Positions 15,768 through 41,693 of a stretch of DNA of 64,000 nucleotides are shown here, piece by piece. The notes beneath the pieces were generated by a model that ran no database searches, was not told the origin of the DNA, and saw only the letters and a program-made list of their open reading frames with translations. Numbering within the stretch: the stretch's first letter is position 1; each line of letters starts with the position of its first letter. Origin of the DNA: the human T2T-CHM13v2.0 reference genome, Homo sapiens; the NCBI RefSeq assembly GCF_009914755.1, contig NC_060928.1. One strand, written 5' to 3'. The position numbers and the translations under genes were made by a program.

Positions 15768-16069
15768 GGCTGGGTGGGGTGGCTCACACCTGTAATCCCA
15801 GCACTTTGGGAGGTCGAGGCAGGCAGATCACCTGAGGTCAGGAATTCTAGACCAGCCTGGCCAACATGGTGAAACCCCATCTCTACTAAATATACGAAAA
15901 ATTAGCCAGGCGTGGGTGGCTGGAGCCTGTAGTCCCAGCTGTTCGGGAGGCTGAGGCAGGAAATTGCTTGAACCCAGGAGGCGGAGGTTGCAGTGAGCTG
16001 AAATTGTACCACTGCACTCCAGCCTGGGCGACAGAGCAAGACTCCATCTCAGAAAAAAAAAAAAAAAAA
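15768..16069 (+). mobile_element. AluS SINE
   Basis: Full Alu; TSD aaaagcaactgaa on both flanks. Confidence 0.95.
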
Positions 16070-16079
16070 GCAACTGAAA

Positions 16080-16395
16080 AAATCACAAAGGAAAAGACAG
16101 ATTTGATCTAAAATAAAAGTAAAATTCCTACATGCTCTATATGCCCAAAAATATTTTATACAAAGTTAAAAGGCAAATTAAAAACTTACAACAAATAACT
16201 ATCATATTTATGGCTATGTTAATAGCCTTAACATAGAGACCTTATAAAAATGACTAAGAAAAATGTTATCCCAATAAAAAAAGTTTAGCCAATTATATTT
16301 AATCATTTACAGTATCGTAGAACACATTGTAAGTGAAATTAATTATTAAATAATGATAATTCACAGAAAAATACAAGTGTTCAGAAAACATATGA
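16080..16395 (+). mobile_element. Old L1 (L1ME-like) ORF2 3' fragment
   Basis: A-rich decayed L1 (caaagttaaaaggcaaa...aattcacagaaaaatacaa...aaaacatatga); resumes after the Alu at about 16886 (aaaacaatgagattcc). Confidence 0.6.
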
Positions 16396-16849
16396 GGCTG
16401 GACACAATGGCTCACGCTTGTAATCCCAACACTTTGGGAGGCCAAGGCAGGAGGATTGCTTGAGCCTAGGAGTTAGAGGCCAGCCTGAGGAACATGGTGA
16501 GATCCAGTCTTTACAAAAAATTAAAAAATGAGCCAGGCATGGTGGTGTGCATCTGTAGTCCCAGCTACTCAGGAGGCCGAGGTGGGAAGCAGCTACTCAG
16601 GAGGCCGAGGTGGGAAGCAGCTACTCAGGAGGCCGAGGTGGGGAGCAGCTACTCAGGAGGCCGAGGTGGGGAGCAGCTACTCAGGAGGCCGAGGTGGGGA
16701 GCAGCTACTCAGGAGGCCGAGGTGGGGAGCAGCTACTCAGGAGGCCGAGGTGGGAAGGCAGCCTGAGAGTGAGCAGTGATTCTGCCACTGCACTCCAGCC
16801 TGGACGACAGAGTGAGACCCTGTCTCAAAAACTTCAAAAAAAAAAAAAA
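16396..16849 (+). mobile_element. AluJ SINE containing an internal tandem array
   Basis: Alu left arm, linker, expanded right arm and A-tail, followed by (TA)n at about 16850-16886. Confidence 0.9.
16562..16757. repeat. Alu-derived minisatellite, 28-bp unit x 7
   Basis: CAGCTACTCAGGAGGCCGAGGTGGG(A/G)AG at 16562, 16590, 16618, 16646, 16674, 16702 and 16730. Confidence 0.97.
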
Positions 16850-17114
16850 TCTATATATATGTATATATAGATATATATAGATATATGAAATTTTCACTGC
16901 TAATTTAAAAATCCAGACTAAAACAATGAGATTCCTTCTGCTTTGTGAGACAGGGTCCCACTCCATTGCCCCACCTCGAACTCCAGGCATGCACCACCAT
17001 ACCCGGCTAAGTTTACACTTGACACGCCCTTGCAGAGATGTTCCTTGCTCATGCATCATTCATTTTGGTTATTTTTTAATTCATTCATTTGAAAACCTTT
17101 ATGGGTTCATTTGA

Positions 17115-17963
<849 letters not shown>

Positions 17964-18804
17964 TGATGCCCCAGGGCAGACAGACCTGGCTCTGCCACCC
18001 CAGTTTAGGGCATCCAGCTCCCAAAGGCAGCCCGGACAACACGAGAGCCTTCCGTAGGCTGACCCCTAGCCACCACTGACCCCGAGGCCTTTGGACAAGA
18101 TGGACCCTGTGGCTGCCGTCTGGACAGTCCTGTGGGGGATTAGATACAAGAGACTCGCTGCCTGGGCTTCCTGCAGCCTCTGACAGCCGTCTGCTTTCAT
18201 GGGGCAGGGCGACCATTGCAAGCCAGGTGGCCAGTGCTGCTGGGGGGAGATCAGGGCAGCCCTGAGACCCTGCACAGGGTCTTGCTGCCCCCGTCCAGGA
18301 AGGGAGAGGAGTGGGGCGAGCGCTGTAGGGTACTGGGAGACTGAGCTGAGCAGCTGATGCCAGTCCTGAGCTAGGCTCCTGTCCCGACCCCTTGCCACCC
18401 AGCTGGAGCCTTATGATGCGCAGCGCGTCCAGGCCACAGGCTAGGGGCCCGTTACAGTTCCTGCCTTGGCGGAAACTCGGGCCCAGGTTTATTCACATTC
18501 TAGCCGGCTTGAGGTGACGATTCAGCTGCTCAGAAATTGACAAACAAGTCCAAAATGATTTCACTTTTACCTGGGGAGCCTTTGCAAATTCTGAGAACTT
18601 ATCAGATGGGATTATTTGTCAAAGTGCTTTGAAACCACAAATGCATTGCACTCTAAGACAATGTTGTTTGTGTTCGCTTATCATTTTCAGGTGGGCACCA
18701 ATAGGGTGGGGGTTTTCCTGTGGCTGCGTGCCCTGACACGGTGGAGGCCTTCGGCTCCGGTCCCGCCGTGTGCCTGGTGCCCCGTGACGTCCCTTAGCCT
18801 CTGA

Positions 18805-19557
<753 letters not shown>

Positions 19558-19904
19558 CCCAATGCACACCAACTAGTGTGGGTGAATGTGCTGCTTTTGT
19601 CCTGGGGAAATCCGATTCCGCTCCTGGGGGCCTCTTCTGACTCATAATCAAATCCGAGGCCCAGAACAGCCTCTCCTCCCTGTGCAGCTTCAGGGGTCCA
19701 AGGGAATTGGTTCAGGGCCAGTGATGAGGATTGGCACCCCGAGGGGGAGCCTGCAGGAGCCCACGCCCCTGACTGCCTGGGGCCACTTGCGTGGGAAGCT
19801 GGCACACACAGGCCTCTGGACCGAAATGTTTGGGCCTGGGCCTGTTGCTGGCTGCTGCCTGCTCACACTGACTGCCAGGTTTTCCCGGACACTCATGGTG
19901 CTTG

Positions 19905-20065
19905 TTCTTGCTCCATTCTTACAACGACCCAGTGAGGTTGCTCCTACATGGTACTCATCCCAGGGTTGCGGAAACTGGGGCACAGAGAGGATAAGTAATC
20001 TGCCCAATGTCACACAGCAAGAGGGTAGCGCAGCCAATTCCCAGACAAGACTTTTAGCCACTGGC
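19905..20065. mobile_element. MIR SINE
   Basis: MIR core ggaaactggggcacagagaggataagtaatctgcccaatgtcacacagc. Confidence 0.75.
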
Positions 20066-20463
20066 TTGCTCCTCCTTACTCTGCATGGAGGGGACAGTTT
20101 CCAGCCAAGGAGAGCCACTCCCTGGAGAAGTGAGTGGGAAAGCCCCTGGGCCCAGATCTTCGAGGTCTCTCTTGAAGGAAGCAGCTAGCTCTTCAGGGGG
20201 TGTTCCAAGCCTGGAGAAGTGGGAGACCTGGAGTGGCAGAGCCCACCAGGATTGCAGCCCCATAGACCTGGGACCGGCGGCTCACACAGCACCTCAGCCA
20301 CCTAACAGGTGAAGGGAGGGAGAGTGCAGCCCCGAGCCAGCACTGTACACATCAATGACACATTTTCCATCTTCACAGAAACGTAAGTGATTCATGAGGC
20401 ATACACATTTGTATAGTTACCTTAAGCAAGGCCTTCATTTTAATGAAAAAGCAGCAAAACTGA

Positions 20464-21199
<736 letters not shown>

Positions 21200-21220
21200 G
21201 ACATTCTTAATAATTGCTGA

Positions 21221-22209
<989 letters not shown>

Positions 22210-23023
22210 TCAATCTCGGCCTGCAGAGCCCCAAAGCGCCAGCCCAGGACAGAGTGCTCAGGGGCTGCTGCAGGGACTCCCTAGGAATTTGGGGCGCTGG
22301 CCACACAGCACCGTTGGGGACAGGGTGGTGCCCCCAACACTGGTGCCTGCACACTTACCAACTCAGAGAGCCTCTGGAGGCAGATCCATGTGAATTGCCC
22401 ACGTAAATCCCCAAGGGAACTGCCCAGGAGACTGCCTCCCTCCATCCCACACCCCATGCCCCGCTGGGCCATGCCTATCCCATTGGGGTCCTTCTTCCTG
22501 CCTCGGGGCTCCAGGAAGAGGCCAGCCTGGGCCTTGAAGAAGGGGAGCAAGCTACTGGGACGCCACCTTGTGGCCTCTCCAGGGAAGCCCCTGGGCCACA
22601 CCTTGGGTGCTGGTACCACCATGGTCAGGAGTGGTGGGCGGTGACATGGTGTGGCTCCCAGGAGGTGGCGCTCCTCACTCTGCAGGGAGTGGCCCTGAGA
22701 CACCTGTAGGGGGCTGATGGCCCCACAGCTCCAGGGAATCTGCCCGCTGGCAGAGGGGGAGTCAGACCCACCGCAAAGCCCCACCCCAACTCCAGCAGGT
22801 TCCGGGTAGGGCTGTCCCACCACACCCCAGTGAGGATGGGGGCCTCAATACAGGGCTGTGTCCTGGTGGGAGCACCCCAGCTGAGACGCTGAGTGTGGGG
22901 ATGGGGTTTGGAGATGGAGGGATTGGGTGGGGGCAGGGACCAGTGCTGAGTCTGTCCCAGGGGACTCAGGAAAGCACAAAAGGTCTGCTCCCAAATGGGG
23001 GTGGCCAGAAGGAAGGTAAGTAG

Positions 23024-23932
<909 letters not shown>

Positions 23933-25793
23933 TAGGCTGGATGGGGGGCTCTGGGGGCCCTGAATGGCATCTGCACCCCATTCCAGGTGCCTCCACGGGC
24001 ACGGGAGCTCCACGTTCCCCTTCCTGCTCCCAGAAGCTCTATGAGTGTCAGTAATCACTCCGTGTTCGGATGAGATCTTCGGAGAAGCCCCAAGTCCCAG
24101 GCTGGCCCCACAGCCTCGCGGGGAGGAACAGACGTGGTCCAACTGCCCAAGCCCCAGCCTGGGCTCCCTCCATGCCAGTCAGCTGACACGTGGCGGGTGG
24201 CTGAAGGCCATTTCAGGACTGGCTGAGTGAATGGGGCAGAGCCGGCCCTTCTGTGCTGGAGCCTACATGCTGGCTGGGGCTGCGTCAGTGGTTCTAGTCC
24301 TGTGGGGACTCTGCAGGGCCTTTGGCCTCTCTGCAGATCCCAAGAGTGCGGAGTAGGGGTGAGGGTGGAGGGAGCTGAGGAAGCCACAGATCAGTTCCTG
24401 GTGGATTCTGGGGTCTAGATATCTCTCGGGGTCCCCAAGCCTGCTGCCCTCATGCTGCCCTTGCTGCCTTCTCCTGCCTCCCCAGCAGGCCTGGGGCAAA
24501 CTCCGGGGCAGGCCAGAACCCCCAGGCAGAGGGGTCGGCACAGTTGCTAGGGCCCTGCCTTGTGCTCCATGGAGAGGCCTGCTGGGGCCTGAGTGCAGCT
24601 GAGGGGCCCCCCAGTTTTTTCCCTTCTGATAGGACTTGAAGGGATCCACTTTTTCTTCCTAAGGACAGACAGACAGGCTGTTTTGGCCCAAGCAGACCAC
24701 TTAGGTGCCAGCTGTGTGCAGAAGACCTGGAGGCCCAGGGGAGATGGAAGCCGTTCCTGTGGGGAGAGGAGGCCCTGGAGATGTTCCTTTACCAAGGGGA
24801 AGTCCCCAGTCCCACCCAGTCCACTCCTGGCAATCAAGATAAACCTCCAAAGGAAGGAGTAGGAGTGGCCCTGCTGGTGCCCCTACCTTGTGCCCCAGGC
24901 TAGACTCACTGCCCACTCAGGGGCCCCCATGGCCTGGGCCTGCAGGGTTGCCTCTGGGAAGCTACTCAGCTCAGTTCCCGTGAGCCCCTCTTCCTGCGCC
25001 ACCACCCCCATTCAGGCTTCCTCTGCCTACTCTAGGACCAGCCCCTCTCCCCAACCTGCCTCAAGTTGGGAGCACTGGGGCCTGGCCCTGGCGAGACCCC
25101 AAGACTCCACTTGCTATGGGCCCTGGACCATGGCTCTTAAGGTGAGGGAGGAGCTATTTGAAGCCATGCCCTCTGCCCCCTGGGAGCCCACACAAGAGGA
25201 TACTTGATAGGCTGATGATGGTGGGCTGTGCCCATGCTGGGTGTGGGACATGGAAGGGGGAGCCCCACACTCGGGCGGCCTGGCAAGGCCCTTCCCAAAC
25301 CCCTGCTCGACAGCACCCCCACCCAGAGGCTGTACCAAGGACAACTGGGCTCCTGCCCCACCTGACTCCACAGCTCCATTTCCAGGAGTCACCAACAGTA
25401 TAGTTCCAGAATGTTCCTTTCCAAAAAGCTCCTTTCTCCACTGCTGGCTTCCATCTGCTCCAGCCCAGATTGGCTTCCTGCATCCTGGCTACTACTTGTC
25501 CTCAGAGCCCCTGGATTCCTGTAGCAGGGCTGTCCCTGTCCTCCCAGCTCCCCACTCACCAGCATGGCCCAATGCCTCTGGGCCTATTTCCTGTATCTGT
25601 ACAAGAGGACTGCGTCTGTATATGTTTCAGGGGTTTAGTTGACAGCGTGTATGCCTACAAGTAGAAGCCACTTCGTGAAGTGAGGCCGTCCATCCCACTA
25701 TCACCTCCACCCCAAGGTGGACCCAATCGCTGCGGGAGCCCTCTGGATCCTAAAGGCCATCGCCTTATTGAACAGCTTAGGGAGTGACCATAA

Positions 25794-26102
<309 letters not shown>

Positions 26103-26419
26103 TGAGGGTGCACTGGACCAGACCAGGAACACTAAATGACCCCACCCCACCCCCACTCCCCACAGAGAGGGAAACCCAGCTGACCCGGAGCCCACCCAGT
26201 GGGTTCCCACACTCTACCCACTGTGGTCCTATAAGTAGGTGTTGAGTGGAGCTGTCAGGCCATGGGGCTCCGACCTGTCGGGAGTTGGAGCTTGGAGCCC
26301 ACTTTTAACTCTGGCGTAATGCAACACCCCCTCCCCGTTAAGTATGATGTGTAGATGACAGCATACTCTTTGGGCAGGCCTAGAGACTCTTCCTCTCTTT
26401 CTTTCTCTTCCCACTGCTG

Positions 26420-26700
26420 ACTTATCAGTCAGGATGCTTTGTATTGCAAATAACAGAAAAATGCAGTTCAAACTGGCTTAGAAAATAGAGCACAGGCTGA
26501 CCCTCATGAGTGAAGTAGGATAGGCTTCAGGCATACGTGACCAGGGTTCCAGCTCTGCTTCTCGTATAGGTGCATGAGAGGACACCTGGGGCCAAGTATT
26601 CTTTGGAAAAGTCTGACTGGACCAGCTTAGGTCTCATGCCTGCCTTGAATTGATCACTGTGATCAGGAATATAATGTCCTGACTGGTTACGGGTTCTATC
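26420..26700 (-). mobile_element. ERVL-type LTR fragment (LTR33-like)
   Basis: tcagtcaggatgctttgtattgcaaataacagaaa...aaactggctta...ggcttcaggcat...ccaggg. Confidence 0.5.
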
Positions 26701-26965
26701 CCAAGCACCAGCAATGGACTGAGCTTCCCAGAACCAACGTGGTTCTGCAACAGGACTAAGGGCTATATGGGAGGGGAAGGGGATGGTGCTGGGAGGCCCC
26801 AGAATCCTGCCCCACTCCCACCATCCTTCAGGTCTCATTAAAATCCCTCTTCCCAGAGAGGCTTTTCATGAACCCCTCAAATATGTCAGGTCCTTCACTT
26901 AGTTTACTTCTCACTGATCCTGGCTCCTTTTCTTCACTGAATTGGAGTTTAGAGTTGTTTAGTAA

Positions 26966-27360
<395 letters not shown>

Positions 27361-27428
27361 ATTATTGGTCCCATATTCTCAATGCCTAGCCTAGTCATGG
27401 CTCAAAGCAGAACCTCAGTAAATACCAG

Positions 27429-28820
27429 TTGGATGGATGGATGGGTGGATGGATTATCAGATGGATGGTAGATGGATGGGTGGATGAATGGATGGATGGA
27501 TGGATGGATGATTGGATTGGTGAATGGATAGATGGATGATTGGATGGAGGAATGAATGGGTGGATGAATGATCAAATGAATGGATGGGTATGTGGGTAAG
27601 TGGGTGGATGGATGTCAAATGGATGAAGAGATGATCAGGTGGATGGATGAATGAGTAGATGGATGGGTGGGCGAATGAATGGATGGATGGGTAGATGGAT
27701 GGATGGTTGGACTCATGGAAGGATAAGTTGATGGATAGATGGATAGTCGGAAGGATGGGTGGGTGGATGGATGGATGGATGATAGATGGTGAATGGATGG
27801 ATGGATAGATGATCAGATGGGTAGATGGATGAGCAGATGGGTGAGTAGATGGATGGGTGAGTGAAAGAATGAATGAGTTGGTAGATAGATGGAGGCATGG
27901 AAGGATAAGTGGATGGATAGATGGATGACTGGATGGATGGATGGATGGATGGACACATGGAAGGATAAGTGAATGAATGGATGGATGGATACATGCATGG
28001 AAGGATAAGTGGATGGGTGGATGGGTGGATGGATGGATGATTGGATGATTGGATAGATGATCAAATGGTAGGATGGTGGGTGGGTGAGTGAATGGGTGAT
28101 CAGTTGGATGGATAGATGATCAAATGGATGAATGGATGAGTAGAGGGATGGGTAAGTGAATGAATGGATGGGTGGGTAGATGGATGGATTAATGGATAGA
28201 TGGATAGATGGATGAACAGATGGGTGGATGGATGATGAGATGAGTTTATGGATGGATGAATGGATGAACACATGGGTGAGTAGATGAATGAGTGGGTGAA
28301 TGAATGGATGGGTGGGTGGATGGATGGATGGATGGATGGACGGATTGGATGATTGGATGGATGATTAAATTGTTGGATGGGTGGGTGGGTGAGTGAATGG
28401 ATGATCAGATGGATGGATAGATGATCAAATGGATGAATGGGTGATTAGATGGATGAAAAGATGAGTGGGTAGGTGAATTAATGGATGGGTGGGTGGGTGG
28501 GTGGATGGATGGATGGATGGATGGATGATTAGATTATGGATAGATAGATGGATGATGACATGGGTGAGTAGATGAATGAGTGGGTGAATGAATGGATGGG
28601 TGGATGGATGGATGGATGGATGGATGGATGGATGGATGGATGGATGGCTTCATGGAAGGATAAGTAGATGGATGGATAAGTGGATGAATGGATGGATGGA
28701 TGGATGGATGATCAGAGGGATGGATAGATGGATAGACAAATGGATGGATGGGTGGGTGAGTGGGTGGATGATCAGATGGATGGATGATTAGATGGAGGTG
28801 GCTGATGGATGGATGATCAG
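27429..28820. repeat. ~1.4-kb degenerate (GGAT/GAAT/GGGT)n simple repeat
   Basis: Continuous TGGA-based tetramer array with recurring sub-motifs. Confidence 0.97.
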
Positions 28821-28827
28821 AGACCTT

Positions 28828-28840
28828 GTTGCTGAGCAAC
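28828..28840. promoter_or_regulatory. Candidate RFX X-box
   Basis: Perfect palindrome GTTGCT-G-AGCAAC matching GTTGCY-N-RGCAAC; motif match only. Confidence 0.4.
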
Positions 28841-29149
28841 CCCACAGTTGCCCCATCTGTATAATCTTCAGCATTTCTGACCCCATCTCCTCAGGGCTCA
28901 GTGTGTTTGTCTCAGGTCATGCTGCCAACTTCATCTCTCTCTCTGTCTCTGCCAAGCACAGCCCCTGCCTGGGCCCTCACCATGTCCTCCCATGCTCTAT
29001 AGCTGTGTGCCTCTCAGTACAATCTGTGAGATGTTTGTGGACATGTACCTTCTCTGCATCCACAGGGTGGCTGTGCTGAAACTATCCTCTACCCTCCCTG
29101 CCCTGCCCCATGCCTAAGACATCCTTCTGCTTCAGGGTTGAGGGCCCAC

Positions 29150-30444
<1,295 letters not shown>

Positions 30445-30471
30445 TAGAGACCCCATATGAGGGATGTGTGA

Positions 30472-30780
<309 letters not shown>

Positions 30781-31604
30781 TGAGGGCCGGGGAGGGGCGG
30801 ATTCCCAGTAGCACTGGGAAAGTGTGCCTTGAGCCCACTGCGATGTGGCCCCTAAGCAGGCGGGTGTAGACGCGCACCCACATCCCCCGGGAGGAAGCTC
30901 ACGGGAAAGCACCTGCAGGTGCTGCCTCTGGGTATCTCCAGATGTTCCGTGACAAGCATTTCATGTCTCTGTAAGGAAAAAACAAACCCAGGTATGTTTG
31001 CCAATAAAGAAAAAGCAAGGTAATGACGACAGGAGAGACTGTGCCTGGCGGGGCTCACTCAGGAGCACGGCCCCGCTGGGTGGCAAGGGTCCCACCATGA
31101 GGGCAGGCCCGGGCTGGGCAGCCCATATGGTGCATGCCGCGGGGCTGCAATGACCGAGTGCTCAGAGGGGTGGCCTTTGCAGCCACTCCCCTCACTGCAG
31201 CTTGCGGTGCCCACCCTGGGATGTGTTGGCAAAGCAGCTGGCGGCTGGGCCGGGAGCAGACAGGCTCGGGGAGAGGCCATGGGGGCCAGCCAGACCCCAG
31301 CTCTGGGGGTGGCTGAGGAGAGGGCCACTGAGCCCTGAGGCCAAGTTGTCCTGACTGGGAAGCACTGTTCCCAGGCCCACAGGCCCTGCACCCTCCCTGT
31401 TCCAGCCTGGGTGGAACCACAGCAAGGCTTGGGGGGCATTGGAAGATAGAGACCCTGACCTGGCGTGGTGGTAGGGATGGGCAGCTGGGGGGAGGATGAA
31501 GAGGGGTGAGCCAGGCCTCCCCAGGGTGCTGGGCCAGCATCCACCTGGTATGTGTTTGGGGGCACCCAGCAGGCACAGGTGCCAGGCGGCCAGCTCTGCC
31601 CTGA

Positions 31605-31754
<150 letters not shown>

Positions 31755-31858
31755 TAGAGGCTCAGATGACCTGAGCTGGGGGACCTAGAGTCCCAAGGAC
31801 GGCCCCACCCTGGGGGATAGGGAAGCACCTGGGCAGGGGGCAGGTGTGACGGGCATGA

Positions 31859-32020
<162 letters not shown>

Positions 32021-32736
32021 TGAAGGGCGGCAGGCCCCCCCACCTGCCTTCCACGGCATCACCCTTGAGAGGAAAGGCTCAGAGGAGGGGCCTGGGGGCT
32101 GGGCAGCTCAGTGGAGAGGGACTCGGGGGTCACAACAGGCTGTGGTCCTGCAGCAACAGGGGCAACAAGCAGGACTGTGTCAGGGTCCCAGGTGCATCTT
32201 ACAAAGATCATGCCAGCTCAGTGAGGGGCATGAATGGGGCTGGAGGGACTTAGCAAAGGCCCAACCCACACCAAACCTCCCTTGGGGTTACCTCCTGCCT
32301 GGACCCCTTCCTGATGCCCCCATCTCCTAGACCACCAGGGCTGCAAACCCCTGTGCTTACCCCACGCGGTGTGGTCGTGTCTTTCCTTGTCTGCAAGTCA
32401 GGAGCATGGGTGTCTGACCAGATGGTGGAGTGGACGCACAGATGGTGCACAGGGGCAAGGGTGGCCAGGCTAGCAGAGGACAGAAGGTTGATGGATGGAC
32501 AGATGATGGACACAGGGTTGGTGGATGGACAGACAGTTGGACAGAGTGAGGGTAGACAAACAAGTGGATGAAGGGAGGGGTGGGTGGATGGGGCTGATGG
32601 GTGGACGCACAGAAAGGGGGACCAGGGGATGGGTGGACAGTGGGTCGGGGATAGGAGGAAGGGCAGGCCACGCAGCTGGGTGTCAGGAGTAGCAGCCCAC
32701 GCCTGCGCAGCCACTGTCCCTCAGGAAAACCTGTGA

Positions 32737-33123
<387 letters not shown>

Positions 33124-33437
33124 TGATGTGTTGGTCCTGGCTCCTCTTCCTCCTCGAAGGACACACTGCCTAGGTGGGCACGCTCAGCCTGTGTTCCCCG
33201 AGAGTGCCTGCTCCTTCCAGTGGGCCTCACAGTGGCCTGGACCAGCGGGGAGCCTCAGCCCCAGGAGGCCGGCCTGTATACTCTCTCCTGGGACGTATCC
33301 CTTTGCAGGCCTGCGGTCAGGGACTTGATCAAAGGTCACTCAGATTGCTTCTTTTGATAGTTTCATCTGTGTCTGTATTCAATTTTAAGGTTTGCCTTTT
33401 CTTTCCTTTTTACTTTTTTAAAAAAATATGAAGGCCA

Positions 33438-37902
<4,465 letters not shown>

Positions 37903-39096
37903 TGAGTACATTTTACCAAAGTCTTCAGGCAGATTGTTTCATCAAGCAGCACTTGCATCTTTTTTCCACTTGATTCTGGCCACAGAAATGCTGTTCCATG
38001 TGTTCTACCTTCATTTTAATTTTGAAGGTGCCAGTGCAGGTAACTGAAAGTTCGGACTTGGTGCGAGCTCAGCGAGCAGCCAGTGCGAGCCATGCTCTGT
38101 GGCAGGAAGGAGGAGGGGATGTGTGGGAAACCTGGTGGGATGTCCACAGCAGGGCCCAAGGATGCATGTGGCTGCCCCTGGCCCCTGAGTGACGGCAGGC
38201 AGGACCGTGGGTCCAAGGTTGATGTCTGAGTGGAGCCAGCCAGGCATGTGACCCTGGACTCAGGCCCTCAGGCTGATCTCTCTGCTGCTTACTGCCTGGA
38301 AACCCTCTCCTTACTGTGAGCCTGGCCAGGTGACCACACACTCATCGCTTGCCAAACACCTATCCCTGTCCACTGCTCCCGGCCTGTGGCCCTCTTTTCC
38401 TTCTTCCCCTGCTCATTCCTCTGTGCCGACTCCCTATTCCGTGCCGAGGCTGGTGCTGTGGCTGATGGGGACACTCTTTCCTGAGCCCTTGCTAGGTGTT
38501 GGCCCTGCACCCAGTGCACCTGAGGAGGTGGGCGTGGCCATCTTCATTTCCCCACAAAGAAACTGAAACCCAGAGAGGCCCGAGACTTGTCCGCTGCCAG
38601 GGAGCTGCCAGGGTGGCAGAGGCAGAACTTAGCATCCTGTGTGTCTTACTCCCAAGCGGGAGCCTTTTCTGTGGACTGCTGCTGCCTCCCTGATTCCACG
38701 TTCCCAAAGAGCCAGGAGGCACCGCCGCCCTCTTCTGCACTCCCGGCCTGAGGCGCCCAGCCGTCTCCCTGTGCCATGGTCTGACGCTGTGGCTGCGCGG
38801 GGAGGGCCGGTGTGGACGCCTCTTTTCTCTCTTTGCTCATTGTCTGGTTGACTGAGACGGGAATCTTGGTATTTTTTGGTGCCCACTTTCTTCACCTCAT
38901 ATTTCTACACAACGTATTACCAAGTTTTTAAAGAAACTTTTAAAGTAATTTTTTAATTTCAGAACAATTTTTAAATTTACAGAAAAGCCGTAAATATAGA
39001 ACAGGGTATTCCACGTCCCCCCTACCCCGGGCCCCCTACCCTGGTTCCCTCCACTGTGAACAGCCTACGTTGCTACTGGGTGCACTGGGTCTCTAG

Positions 39097-40127
<1,031 letters not shown>

Positions 40128-40572
40128 TAGCCAGTCCTCTATAACTCCTGGGGGTGGCCAAGGTGGGCTTCACAGAGGAGGCCACTTAGGAGCTGCCTGT
40201 TGAGGGAGGGCCAGGGTGGAAAGGGCAGTGTAGGGAGAGCGCAGGTGTTTTCAAAGGCTGGATGGAGGCTGCATGGAGCAGGAGGTTGAGGAGGGCCTGC
40301 CGGAAGCCCGTGTGAGAAGGCATGATGAGGGGCCAGGCCTCAGAGGAGTGCGGGGAGCCAGCTGCAGGGCCTGGCCCAGCCCCGAGGCCATGGGGAGTGC
40401 AAACGGCTGTCTGCCCCGGGCCCCGAAGCCTGGCTGGGGAGATAGTCATGAGCTCCATTTGGGACTTGCCACAGTGGAGGGGCCTCAGTCCAGCTGAGAT
40501 GTGCAGACCCACACAAGGTGTAGTGTTGCAGAGCGGAGCCCAGGCTGGAGAGGCTGGGGGCATGTTTCATAA

Positions 40573-40986
<414 letters not shown>

Positions 40987-41316
40987 TAGAAACAACCACC
41001 ACCCTCCTGCCCAGGAAGTTCCCTTGCCGTAACTCCCCTGACCCCTATTATTGTAGTAGGTGACTTCCAGGCACATGGGAATGGTGCAAAATTCTGCATC
41101 CATGGCTCAGAAGCCATGACCCAGATGCAGTCATTTTTGCACCCAGCTCATGGGTCCAACCTTTCACCATATGTGCTTCACGTAGCCAGCTAGCTATTTA
41201 TGTCTGCAGAAGCATTAGGAAGTAGTTGCAGGAATCAGACACTTTAAACACTTCAGCATACATCTTCTAAAAAAATAGATCGTCCTACATAAACCACAGC
41301 ACCCTGACACCAATAG

Positions 41317-41693
<377 letters not shown>

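Noticed and set aside
27713-28845. His/Pro/Ser/Ile-rich and MDGW-repeat ORFs
   Set aside because: They are direct translations of the (GGAT)n simple repeat.
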